Below, in pieces: positions 8,800-18,636 of a stretch of 36,789 nt of DNA. This stretch comes from Candidatus Latescibacterota bacterium (GTDB lineage Bacteria > Latescibacterota > UBA2968 > UBA8231). The number at the start of each line of letters is the position of its first letter. The first letter of the stretch is position 1. The notes under the pieces were generated by a model. That model did no database searches, had not been told where the DNA came from, and saw nothing but the letters and a program-made list of their open reading frames with translations. A program made the position numbers and the translations under genes. The DNA is taken from NCBI GenBank assembly GCA_965205655.1, contig CBDBIJ010000066.1, positions 1 through 36,789 on the forward strand, in the 5' to 3' direction.

Positions 8800-11634
8800 G
8801 TGAAGGCCAGTCGCGCTTGCGTTATCCTCGCTGCCGCCACCGTCGCAGCGGGCTGCGCCGGAGTCAAGAAGACCCCAAACGATTCGACAGCACCGGCGTC
8901 GGCACTCGACAAGATGCTGCCGGTAGACTCGCTCGTCGTCACCGGAACACTTCCGAACGGCTTTCGCTACGTAATCCGCCAGAACGAAAAGCCGGAGGAC
9001 CGCGCCGAGCTGCGCTTGACTGTGAATGTTGGCTCCGTGCTGGAAACGGACGAAGAGCAGGGTCTGGCACACTTCGCCGAGCACATGGCCTTCAACGGCA
9101 CCGAACACTTCAGCAAACAAGAGCTCATCGACTACATGGAGTCTATCGGCATGCGCATGGGTGCCGATTTGAACGCCTACACCGGCTTCGATGAAACGGT
9201 GTACATGCTCACGGTGCCGACGGACAGCACCGAGTTCATGACAAAGGCCCTTCAGATCCTCGCGGACTGGGCCCACGGCGTGAGCTTCGAGGCGGAGGAA
9301 ATCGACAAGGAGCGTGGGGTGGTGATCGAGGAGTGGCGCTCGGGGAAGGGGGCGGAGCAGCGCATGTGGGAGAAGCAGATGCCGATCATGTTCAAAAATT
9401 CCCGCTACGCAGAGCGGCGCACCATCGGCCAAAAAGCGGTGCTCGACACCTTCCAGCACCAAACCCTGCGCGGCTTCTACGACAAATGGTATCGTCCTGA
9501 GCTGATGGGACTCGTGGCTGTCGGTGACTTCGATCCGTCGTGGATCGAAGCACTCGTACGGCAACACTTTTCGAAGTTGGAGAGTCCTTCGGACGCGCCC
9601 GAACGAGTCGTCTATCCCGTACCCGACCACGTGGAGACTCTTTTCGCCATCGCCACAGATCCGGAGGCGACGCGCAACGCCGTCGACATCATCTACAAAC
9701 TGTCGGTGCGCGATCCAGGATCGGTGAGCGCCTATCGCCGCTCTCTCATCGAGGGCATCTATCACCGAATGTTCAACAACCGGCTCTACGAACTGCTGCA
9801 GCAGGCAAAGCCGCCGTTTCTCTACGGCTACTCGAGTCAGGGCCAATGGCTGCGGTCGAAGGCGTTCTTCATTCTCGGCGCCGGCGTGCCGGACAACGGC
9901 TTCGACAAGGGTCTGGAGGCGTTGCTCACCGAGGCGTCGCGGGTGCGGCAGTTCGGCTTCACAGAATCGGAGCTGCGGCGCGAGAAGAAGGAAATGCTGC
10001 GCGGCATGGAACAGGCGTATCGGGAGCGGGACAAGAGCCAGTCGTTCGGGTTCGCGAGTGAGTACGTGCGGCACCTGCTCGATGCGGAGCCGATCCCGGG
10101 CATTGCGAAGGAATTCGAGTTGTACCAGGAGCTGCTACCCGACATCCGGCTCGAGGAAGTGAACGCACTGGCCAGCGCCTGGACCGGAGAGGCAAATCGC
10201 GTCATCACCGTGAACGCGCCGGAGAAGCCGGGTCTCGACGTGCCCGGCGAGACGGAGCTGATGTCCGTCTTCGTTAAAGTGGCCGAAAAAGCAATCGAGC
10301 CATACGTGGATGACGTGTCCGACAAACCACTCGTGCCGGAGGTGCCGGCGGCGGCGGACATCGTCGAGCGCGGCGAGATTCCCGAACTGGGAGTGACAAC
10401 GTGGAGGCTCGCCAACGGCATCCGCGTGTTCCTGAAACCGACGGATTTCCAGAACGACGAGGTGCTGTTCGAGTCGTACAGCCCTGGAGGCCACTCGCTC
10501 GTGAGCGATGAGGACTACATCGCGGCGTCAACGGCAGCTTCCGTCGTGCGTCGGGGAGGCATCGGGGAGTTCGACCTCATCGAGCTCCAGAAAAAGCTGG
10601 CCGGCAAGGTCGTGAGCGTCTCCCCGTGGATCGGGGGTCTGCGTGAGGGGATCTCCGGCTCGGCCTCGCCGGAGGACCTGCAGACGATGTTCGAGCTCAT
10701 CTACGCCTCCGTCACGGCGCCGCGGGCTGACAGCTCTGCTTTTGAGTCGTATCAGACGCGCATGCGGGGCTTCATCGAGAACCGAAGCGCCAGGCCTGAA
10801 GCCGTGTTCGGCGACACGGTGCAGGTGACGATGGCACAGTACCACCACAGGTCGCGACCATGGTCAGTCGACCTGATCGGAGAGATGGATCTCGACAGAT
10901 CGATGTCGATCTACCGCGAACGATTCGCCGACACCGGTGACTTTACATTCTTCTTCGCCGGGAACTTCACCCTTGAGGAGATGGAGCCTCTTGTCCGCGC
11001 CTACCTGGGTGGGCTGCCCGCGACAGGGCGCACGGAGACGTGGAGGGATGTGGGGATCGAACGGCCTATCGGTGTGGTCGAGAAAACCGTGCATCGGGGA
11101 CTGGAGCAGAAGAGTCAGACGCAGATGTTCTTCACGGGTCCGTTCGAGTTCGACGGCTGGGGCAACGACTTCACCCTCGAGGCGATGGGAGATGTGCTGC
11201 AGATAAAACTGCGCGAGGTATTGCGGGAGGATCTTGGTGGGACCTACGGCGTGCGGGTCGGCGCCAGCGGGTCCCACTACCCGGATGAGGAGTACAGCAT
11301 CGCGCTTAGCTTCGAGTGTGATCCAGACAGAGTCGAGGAGCTCACGGAGGTGATCTTCGAACAGATCGACAGTCTCAAAACTGTCGGGACTACGGATGTG
11401 TACGTCGACAAAGTCAAAGAGATCGCCAAGCGGGAACACGAGGTGAGCATGAAGGAGAACGGCTTCTGGGCGAGCGGGCTGAGCTGGGCCGATTTCCACG
11501 GTGTCGATCCGGTGCGCTACCTGCGCTACAGCGATATGGTGGACAGCCTCACCACCGAGGCAGTACAGGAAGCGGCGAAGAAGTACTTCGACCTGTCGAA
11601 TTCCACGCGATTCGTGCTGTTACCGGAGGAGTAA
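8800..11634 (+). CDS. M16 (insulinase/PqqL-like) zinc peptidase, predicted lipoprotein
   Basis: Inverted zincin HFAEHMAFNGT, NAYTGFDETVY, KERGVVIEEWR and LREDLGGTYG. GTG 8800 gives a signal peptide with lipobox VAAG-C. Confidence 0.93.
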   Translation: MKASRACVILAAATVAAGCAGVKKTPNDSTAPASALDKMLPVDSLVVTGTLPNGFRYVIRQNEKPEDRAELRLTVNVGSVLETDEEQGLAHFAEHMAFNGTEHFSKQELIDYMESIGMRMGADLNAYTGFDETVYMLTVPTDSTEFMTKALQILADWAHGVSFEAEEIDKERGVVIEEWRSGKGAEQRMWEKQMPIMFKNSRYAERRTIGQKAVLDTFQHQTLRGFYDKWYRPELMGLVAVGDFDPSWIEALVRQHFSKLESPSDAPERVVYPVPDHVETLFAIATDPEATRNAVDIIYKLSVRDPGSVSAYRRSLIEGIYHRMFNNRLYELLQQAKPPFLYGYSSQGQWLRSKAFFILGAGVPDNGFDKGLEALLTEASRVRQFGFTESELRREKKEMLRGMEQAYRERDKSQSFGFASEYVRHLLDAEPIPGIAKEFELYQELLPDIRLEEVNALASAWTGEANRVITVNAPEKPGLDVPGETELMSVFVKVAEKAIEPYVDDVSDKPLVPEVPAAADIVERGEIPELGVTTWRLANGIRVFLKPTDFQNDEVLFESYSPGGHSLVSDEDYIAASTAASVVRRGGIGEFDLIELQKKLAGKVVSVSPWIGGLREGISGSASPEDLQTMFELIYASVTAPRADSSAFESYQTRMRGFIENRSARPEAVFGDTVQVTMAQYHHRSRPWSVDLIGEMDLDRSMSIYRERFADTGDFTFFFAGNFTLEEMEPLVRAYLGGLPATGRTETWRDVGIERPIGVVEKTVHRGLEQKSQTQMFFTGPFEFDGWGNDFTLEAMGDVLQIKLREVLREDLGGTYGVRVGASGSHYPDEEYSIALSFECDPDRVEELTEVIFEQIDSLKTVGTTDVYVDKVKEIAKREHEVSMKENGFWASGLSWADFHGVDPVRYLRYSDMVDSLTTEAVQEAAKKYFDLSNSTRFVLLPEE

Positions 11635-11737
11635 ACTGTGCCCCCAAGGGCAAGTCTTACTCCTCTCGGGAAATGCAAGAAACGCATTTTCCTGCAGGGT
11701 GGAGCCGCCTTATCGAGCAGTCCCTCCGACGGGCTAC

Positions 11738-13066
11738 CTACAATGTCGCGATGGCGCTCTCGATGCGGTTGAGGGCCTCGTCGATGTCGTCGAGGGTGTG
11801 CGAGGCGCTGATGCCTTGATGGCCGACGACGAGAGTTCCATAGTCGTGGAAGTAGACGCCGCTGCCGGCGCAGGCCCTGATGAACCGGGAGCACATGTCG
11901 GTGTCGCGACCGAGGGTGTCGTCGAAGCGCTCCACCGGATCGGTGGAGCCGAAGAAGAATCCGAAGCGGCCGCCCAGTCCCTGAACGCGGGCGGGGATCC
12001 CGGCTCGGTCCAGCAATTCGGTGAGGCCCGCACACATCCTCTCCGAGGCGGCGTAGATGTGGTCGTAGAAGCCGGGCTTGCACATCTCCGTCACGGCGGC
12101 GAGAGCCGCGTTGACCCCAAGCGGGTTGCCGGCGAAGGTGCCGGACTGGGCGACTGAGCCGAGGGGCGCCACCTGATCCATGATCTGAGCCTTGCCCGCA
12201 ACGACGACGATGGAGCCGCCGTTGGCGATGGCCTTGCCGAGGACGCACAGGTCCGGCGTGACGCCGTAATAACCCTGAGCGCAGTCGGGCCCGGTGCGGA
12301 AGGCGGAAAGAACCTCATCGTAGATGAGGACGATGTCATGCGCCGTCGCCCGGTCGCGGACGAACTGCATGTACTCCGAATCGGCGACAATGCAGCCCTG
12401 GTTGTAGTTGATCGGCTCCATGATGATGCCGCCGATGTCGTCGCCGTGCTGCGCCAGCGCCCGCTCGAGGGCTGCCTCGTCCTTCCACGGCACGACGACG
12501 ACGAGGTCATCGTTGACGGGTGGCATGCCGGCTGACTCTGACACCGGTTGAATGATACTACCGGGCTCCACCGGATTGTGGGGCGAGTGGTAGTTGTACA
12601 TGACGTAGTCGTGCATCCCGTGGAAGTGGCCCCAAAATTTGAGCAGCTTGTTTTTGCCGGTGTAGGCGCGCGCCAGTCTAATACTGATCATCGTACCCTC
12701 GGAGCCGCTGTTGCCGTAGCGCACGCGCTCTGCACACGGAATGATCTCGGTGATCGTCCTGGCCAGCTCTGTGTGCGCTTCGGTCTCGTAGCCGGCGAGG
12801 ACCCCGGCGTCAACCGCCCTCATGACCGCGTCGCGCGTGGCCGGGTGATTGTAGCCGAGAAAGGCGGCGCCATGGGCGAGGTTGAAATCGATGTACTCCA
12901 CGCCGTCGACATCGTATATGCGGCATCCTTCAGCGGAACGGATGTAAAGAGCGCGGCCGAGACAGGGGCTGTAGCGCCCGGAAGCGCCGACGCCACCGGG
13001 AAGATAACGCTCCGCTTCGGCCCGGAGATCGGCTTCGGTTTGAAAAGTTGGGGCGGCGGTCGTCAT
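11738..13066 (-). CDS. Class III PLP aminotransferase, glutamate-1-semialdehyde aminomutase (HemL)-like
   Basis: DVDGVEYIDF, NSGSEG, GHFHG, IIMEP, IYDEVLSAFR, PDLCVLGK (PLP lysine) and SGTFAGNP. ATG 13066 has AAAGGAA upstream. Confidence 0.88.
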   Translation of the reverse strand: MTTAAPTFQTEADLRAEAERYLPGGVGASGRYSPCLGRALYIRSAEGCRIYDVDGVEYIDFNLAHGAAFLGYNHPATRDAVMRAVDAGVLAGYETEAHTELARTITEIIPCAERVRYGNSGSEGTMISIRLARAYTGKNKLLKFWGHFHGMHDYVMYNYHSPHNPVEPGSIIQPVSESAGMPPVNDDLVVVVPWKDEAALERALAQHGDDIGGIIMEPINYNQGCIVADSEYMQFVRDRATAHDIVLIYDEVLSAFRTGPDCAQGYYGVTPDLCVLGKAIANGGSIVVVAGKAQIMDQVAPLGSVAQSGTFAGNPLGVNAALAAVTEMCKPGFYDHIYAASERMCAGLTELLDRAGIPARVQGLGGRFGFFFGSTDPVERFDDTLGRDTDMCSRFIRACAGSGVYFHDYGTLVVGHQGISASHTLDDIDEALNRIESAIATL

Positions 13067-13129
13067 GACAGTTCCTTTTGAATTCAATGTCGTCAATCGC
13101 CAGCTGATCGACACAGTAAAGGGAAACAG

Positions 13130-14513
13130 ATGCTGTTCGGCAAGCTCGCAGAAACATCCCACCGCGTGGCTGAAGACCGCGGCCGTCTGAAAAAGATCGG
13201 CTACCTCGCAGAGTGCCTGCGACAGCTATCGGCCGATGAGGTCGAGGCGGGGATCGCCTTTCTCGCCGGCGACATGCGTCAGGGCCGTATCGGTCTGGGC
13301 TACGCCGCCGTGCGCGATGCCATGCCGGAGAGGCCCGCAGACGCCGCGACTCTCACGGTAAGCGAGGTGGACGCCGGCTCGGTGGCGGCGAGCTGTGATG
13401 CTGGCTGGAGATGTCGTCAAGGCTGCGGCGGCCGCGCTCAGCCGGGGGGAGGAAGGGCTGGCAGGGTTTCGCCTGCAGTTGCTCACGCCGGTCAAGCCGA
13501 TGCTGGCGCAGACCGCGGAGGATGTGCCTGACGTGTTCAGGCGCTACGAGGAGATCGTCCTCGAGTACAAGTTCGACGGCGCCAGGATTCAGGTTCACCG
13601 GCTGGGCGACGAGGTGAGAGTCTTCACGCGGAAGCTGAGCGACGTGTCGGCGGCGGTGCCGGAAGTGGTGGAGGCGGTGCGGTCACTGCCGGTGTCTCGG
13701 CTCATCCTCGACGGCGAGACGATCGTCATGGGTGACGATGGCACGCCGGCTCCGTTTCAAACGACGATGCGCCGCTTCGGCCGGCGCCTCAACATAGAGG
13801 AGATGCGCTCGACGTTGCCGCTATCTTCATTCTTCTTCGACTGCCTCCACATCGACGGGGAAGACCTGATCGATCGACCGGGCGCCGAGCGCTCGGCGGC
13901 GATGCGCCAGCTGCTGCCGGCTGACGACATCGTTCCCGGCGTCGTCACCAGTTCGTTGGCCGAGGCGCAGACCTTCGTCGACGAGGCGCTGAAGGCCGGC
14001 CACGAAGGGGTGATGGCCAAGGCGCTGGACGGTCCCTACGAAGCGGGCAGGCGCGGCGCGGGCTGGCTCAAGCTGAAACCGTCACACACGCTGGACCTGG
14101 TTGTGCTGGCGGTGGAGTGGGGCAGCGGCAGGCGGCAAGGCTGGCTCAGCAATCTCCATATAGGAGCCCGCGATTCCGCTGGAGGTTTCGTCATGCTGGG
14201 GAAGACCTTCAAGGGGATGACGGACGAGATGCTCGAGTGGCAGACGAAGAAGCTGCTCGAGCTGGAAGTCGCCCGAGAAGGCCACACCGTACACGTACGG
14301 CCGGAGCTGGTGGTCGAGGTCGCCTTCGACGGTGTGCAGCAGAGCTCAAGGTATCCCGGTGGCATGGCGCTGCGGTTTGCCAGGGTCAAGCGGTATCGGC
14401 CCGACAAGAGGGTGGAGGACGCCGACACGGTGGAGGCCGTGGGTGCGATTTTGGGGCGGTCTGCCAAAAAAGATTCGGGTGTCGATGCCCGCTCAGCCCC
14501 AGAGTTCCGGTGA
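13130..14513 (+). pseudogene. ATP-dependent DNA ligase (LigB-like), with frameshift and apparent internal deletion near 13375-13390
   Basis: N-terminal DNA-binding domain start, then PMLAQ, EYKFDGARIQVH (adenylated Lys), LDGE, FDCL, EGVMAK, WLKLK and an OB domain LRFAR. The DNA-binding domain is much shorter than usual and out of frame. Confidence 0.8.
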
Positions 14514-15480
14514 GGCCGGGTCGATGCGGCTTTCTTCAAACTGGAGACCGTGATCGCGGTCACGTTGTAACAGCAGCGGACCATCGAGATCGACAAAGTC
14601 GGCGTCGCGGGCCAGCAGTGCTGCCGGAGCCATCGACAACGAAAGTACTGACCATGCAGCCGACCATGACGCGAAGCCCGAGGGGGCGGGCGCACTCTGC
14701 CAGCGTCAGACCCTCCGTCAGGCCACCCGTCTTATCCAGCTTGATATTGATGGCGTCGTACCTTGTCGAGACCTCGTCGAGGTCTGCCGCGGTGTGACAT
14801 GATTCGTCAGCGCACACGAGCAGCGGGTGGGCGACCTCAGCCAGCAGCCCGTCGTCCGAGGCCGGCAGCGGCTGCTCGATGAGAGTGACGCCGAGCCGGG
14901 CGAGCTCAGCGGCGAGGGGCTCGAAATTCTCGGGTGACCAACCCTCGTTGGCGTCGGCGATGACGGTGGCCTCAGGGGCGCTCTCGCGAATGGCGGCGAT
15001 GCGTTCCGGGTCTCCGTCACCCGATAGCTTGACCTTGAGGACAGGACGATGGGCGTTGTTGCGGGCGGCGAGACCCATCTGCTCAGGGGTGCCGATGCTG
15101 AGGGTGAACGCCGTCGTCAGCGGGCGTGGTTCACGTAGGCCAGCAAGCTGCCACACGGGAAGACCCGACTCCTTGGCCGCCAGGTCCCACATGGCGCAGT
15201 CGAGGGCGTTGCGTGCCGCGCCCGCTGGCAGGGCCCCCTGCAGCGCGGCGCGGTCGATGCCCGCCTCGATCTGCGACCGCAGGCCGAGCACCGTGTCGAC
15301 GACGCCGTCGACGGTTTCGTCGTAATGCGGGTACGGCACGCACTCGCCGCGGCCGCGAGCCTCACCTCGGCGCAGCTCGACGACGACGACGTCGGCCGCC
15401 GTCTTGCTGCCCCGCGAAATCGTGAAGGTGCCGGCGATGGGGCAGCTCTCGGTATGGACGTCGAGCTCTGTCACGTACAC
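14493..15480 (-). CDS. dgcA: N-acetyl-D-glutamate racemase / L-Ala-D/L-Glu epimerase (enolase superfamily), frameshift near 14640
   Basis: FTISRGSK, LKVKL, DANEGW, EQP, ADES, NIKLDKTGGLT and MVGCM. Continues in another frame as SMAPAALL...DLDGPLLL.RDR...PELWG* (stop at 14493). Downstream of dgcN. Confidence 0.85.
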
Positions 15481-15495
15481 AGGAGGCTCACGCCG

Positions 15496-16491
15496 CTACA
15501 ACACCTCTACGAGACGGGTGACGCCGTCGCGGCAGGGGTCGACGGCGGGCAATCCGGTCTCGTCCTCGGCCGCTTTGAGAGCGGATTCGCGATTGTCGTC
15601 GTCCAGCCTTGAGGTGTTCATCGACAGACCGATGACACGGCAATCGGGATTCGTCAGGCGCCCGGCCTGTTCGTTCATGCGAACCGAGTCGACGAGCGAT
15701 GGCAGGGGATAGTCGGGTAGACCGCGCATGTGGTTGCGGGCGGGGTCGTGACAGAGAATGAGGCGGTCGGCCTGGGAGCCGTGGATGAGGCCGAGCGTGA
15801 CGCCGGCGTAGGAGGCGTGAAAGAGGGATCCCTGGCCCTCGATGAGGTCCCAGTGATCGGCATCGTTCGCCGGGGTGAGCCACTCGGTGGCGCCGGCAAT
15901 GAAATCGGCGATGACGGCATCGACGGAGACGCCTTCACCGGCGATGAAGATACCGGTCTGCCCTGTGGCCCTGAAGTCGGCTCGCATGCCCCTGGCCTTC
16001 ATTTCCTTTTCCATGAACAGGGCGGTGAACATCTTGCCGCACGACACGTCGGTGCCCACCGTGAGAAGCCGTCTGCCCGAACGTTTCACCCCGTCGGCGA
16101 GAGGAAACGGACGGTTCGGATAACGGACGTCGGAGAGAGCAAGGCCGTTGCGGTCAGCCCTGTCTGCCAACTCGGGAATGGCACCGAGTCTGTTGTGAAG
16201 GCCGCTGGCAATGTGGTATCCCAGATCGAGTGCCGCGGACAAGGTCTGCATCCACCTATCCGATACGACGCCGCCCCGATTGGCGACGCCGACGACCAGC
16301 GTGCGAGCCCCGGCTTTCAAGCCGTCCTCGAGGGACATGTCCGGCAACCCCACGTCGGCGCCGCACTGCGCCAGACGCAGCTGGCCCACGCACCAATGAG
16401 GGCGCCAGAAGGCGACCCCGTCTGCGGTTTTGGCCGCCAGCTGGTCGGCGGCGTCGCCGAGAAAGAGGAGGTAGGGACTCTGAAGCTGCAA
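15496..16491 (-). CDS. dgcN: DUF1611-family D-glutamate N-acetyltransferase
   Basis: PYLLFLGD...AAKTA.G, ASGLH, TVGTDVSCGKMFT, FRATGQTGI, DAVIADF and EGQGSLFH..YAGV.LGL.HG. Paired with an enolase-superfamily epimerase. Confidence 0.88.
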   Translation of the reverse strand: MQLQSPYLLFLGDAADQLAAKTADGVAFWRPHWCVGQLRLAQCGADVGLPDMSLEDGLKAGARTLVVGVANRGGVVSDRWMQTLSAALDLGYHIASGLHNRLGAIPELADRADRNGLALSDVRYPNRPFPLADGVKRSGRRLLTVGTDVSCGKMFTALFMEKEMKARGMRADFRATGQTGIFIAGEGVSVDAVIADFIAGATEWLTPANDADHWDLIEGQGSLFHASYAGVTLGLIHGSQADRLILCHDPARNHMRGLPDYPLPSLVDSVRMNEQAGRLTNPDCRVIGLSMNTSRLDDDNRESALKAAEDETGLPAVDPCRDGVTRLVEVL

Positions 16492-16648
16492 GGTATATCG
16501 ATATCGGGACGGCGGGCAACGAATCGAAGTAGTCGAACCTACCAGTCGTCATATCGCCGGTCAAGGCCCCAGACTAGCGCCCGACGGGATGTCGGCCGGT
16601 TTCGTATATTATTGAAAACCAGCTTGTTACGCTAGGCGGGACAAAGAC

Positions 16649-17086
16649 ATGGCCGAAATAAAGGTGATCTGTCCGGAGTGCGGGAAGCAAGTATCCCTAC
16701 GAGGTCTGAACGGACATCTCCGCTTCGATCACGACTACGAACTGGAGCAGGCGAAGAGGATGGCTGCCGGAATCAGCGTCGACGGTCGACTGAACCGGCT
16801 GGAGCAGGATGTGATGGATTACGTCAGGCAACTCTATCGGCTCAAGGAGGATGCGGAGCAGCTGCGGCAGGCGAAGGAGGAGGGACTCATCGGAGAGCAG
16901 CTGTATGAGCGCATGATCACCCAGAAAGGACACGAGCTGACGGCCACGACTCGATACCTGCAGCGGCTCGAAGGGTCGTGGCGCGACCGCGTGGGCCAGG
17001 TGACGGGGGTGGTGCCACCAGATGAGTCGGAGGAAGACGGTGGCGTAGGCGGTCTGCTCGAGGAGATCGAATCAGCGCGGGAATAG
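16649..17086 (+). CDS. Hypothetical protein with N-terminal C2H2-type zinc finger and coiled coil
   Basis: CPECGKQVSLRGLNGHLRFDH (C-x2-C-x11-H-x4-H), then a heptad-rich helix and acidic tail. Confidence 0.7.
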   Translation: MAEIKVICPECGKQVSLRGLNGHLRFDHDYELEQAKRMAAGISVDGRLNRLEQDVMDYVRQLYRLKEDAEQLRQAKEEGLIGEQLYERMITQKGHELTATTRYLQRLEGSWRDRVGQVTGVVPPDESEEDGGVGGLLEEIESARE

Positions 17087-17109
17087 TCGACGGGATCCGC
17101 TGAAGATCA

Positions 17110-17148
17110 GGGCAGTGCGGCACACCAAGCCGCACCGCCCCTTTTGTT
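17110..17148 (+). terminator. Rho-independent terminator
   Basis: Stem GGGCAGTGCGGC / GCCGCACCGCCC (12 bp, one mismatch), 7-nt loop, followed by CTTTTGTT; 23 nt after the stop of 16649..17086. Confidence 0.75.
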
Positions 17149-17196
17149 GGTGCAAGGCGATGTGGCGCGGCGCCTGCGCCGGCGACTGAAATTGCC

Positions 17197-17223
17197 TAAA
17201 GCATTCCATGGTCGGCCCGATAC
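17197..17223 (+). promoter_or_regulatory. Sigma28 (FliA)-type promoter
   Basis: TAAA-N15-CCCGATAC versus consensus TAAA-N15-GCCGATAA, about 115 nt upstream of the flagellin start. Confidence 0.7.
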
Positions 17224-17338
17224 AGGAAGGAGAAGAATGCCTGTGTCCTCTCATAACACGTTGTAATTACGTTAATTATGAGGTCCGATTTAGGCAGAAG
17301 TGATACTATTCTGTATGTAACAAGATGAAGGAACCTTT

Positions 17339-18503
17339 GTGAGGCTCGGCACCAACAACAACATCAGCGCCATAAACGTGCGGCGCACGATTCTGAAGAA
17401 TCGGATGTCGACCGATCGTCAGATCGAATCCCTGGCATCGGGTCTACGGATCAAGCGGGCTGAGAACGACGCCTCAGGCGTATCGCTGTCTGAAGGACTC
17501 AGGTCAGAGCTCGCCAAACTGACGCAGACCCTGCGCAATGCCGAGCAGTCCAACGATCTGCTGCAAGTGGCCGAGGGCTCGTTGGGCCAGATGAGCGGGC
17601 TGTTGCAACACATGAGAGTGCTCGCCGTCCAGGCCGCGACGAGCACGTTGACGAACCAGCAGCGCGATGTCCTCAGCTCGGATTTCATCCAGGCGCGCCT
17701 GGCCATCGACCGAATCGCCATGGCGACGGTTTACAACAACCAGATCCTGCTGTCCGGCTTCGTTGCCGTCGATCGAGACTCGTCGACCGTCTTCACCGAC
17801 ACTGCCGCCACCGGTGCAGTGGATGTGAACTTCTCAGGGGCGGACAAGGGACTCTACAATTTCGTCGACTCGGCTGCCGATTTCTCAATCACCCTCGGCG
17901 ACGGCGCCACGACGCAGACAATCGACTTGAGCCGGGTGCTCGACAACGGCGCCGTGGCTCAGGGCACGAAGGTTGTCGCCAACTTCGATCGGCTCGGTGT
18001 GAAGCTGGTGCTCGCCGGACCGGGCGCCAGCAAGCCAGTGGGCGTGGGCGACTACGTAGCCGGAGACCTGGACGGCAAGACCCTCGTGATCGAGGAGACT
18101 GGCGGCGGCCTGTTTCACGTCAGTCGAAACGCCGACAGCAGCGCCCAGATCGGGTTCAACCTGCCGGACATGAGGACCACCGGCGCCGTGATGAATCTGG
18201 ACAGCCTGTCGCTCAGCTCACAGAGCGGCGCCAGGGGGGCTATTGCCCCCCTCGATCTGGCGATCGAAGCGGTGTCGCTGGAGCGCGGCAAGATCGGCGC
18301 CCTGAACAATCGTCTCGACCACTCAATCGTCTTCAGTGAGAACGATCTCGAGAATGTCTCGAACTCGGAGTCAACTATTCGTGACACCGACTTCGCCCTG
18401 GCGGCCTCCAGATTGACCCGCGCCCAGATCCTTACCGAGAGCAGCACGGTCATGCTGGCGCAGTCGCTGGCCTCATCCCCGCCGTCTGCTGCAGCTGCTG
18501 TAA
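17339..18503 (+). CDS. fliC: Flagellin; likely one extra C near 18478, true C-terminus probably ...RRLLQLL* at 18503 (unshifted ORF ends 18520)
   Basis: NNNISA...LASGLRIKRAENDASG...RNA...LLQVAEG...MRVLAVQAA N-terminal domain; RGKIGALNNRL...N..NSESTIRDTDFA...QIL C-terminal domain. Confidence 0.92.
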
Positions 18504-18636
18504 CTGCTCCTCCCGCCTAAGTACCTGTCCCGGAAGGGCCAACACCAGACGCACCCGCCTTGTTGTCAACGGCTGGTGGGCGTATCTTGAGCCGGTCGGT
18601 CAGCAGGTACTCCCACTCCAAACGGCTCAGCGAGAC

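Noticed and set aside
8749..10074. 441-aa antisense ORF and similar long shadow ORFs (33680..34816, 22479..23585, 20572..21726, 15730..16635)
   Set aside because: They overlap well-supported genes, have no motifs, and are expected from codon bias in GC-rich DNA.
8800..11634. M16 peptidase as a PQQ-biosynthesis or RiPP maturation enzyme for the propeller operon
   Set aside because: It is about 16 kb away, is a predicted exported lipoprotein, and no PqqA-like precursor or pqqB-E genes were seen.
18549..18590. Possible hairpin terminator or sigma70 promoter after flagellin
   Set aside because: The stem is imperfect with no U-tract and the promoter match (TTGTTG-N17-TATCTT) is weak; not enough support.
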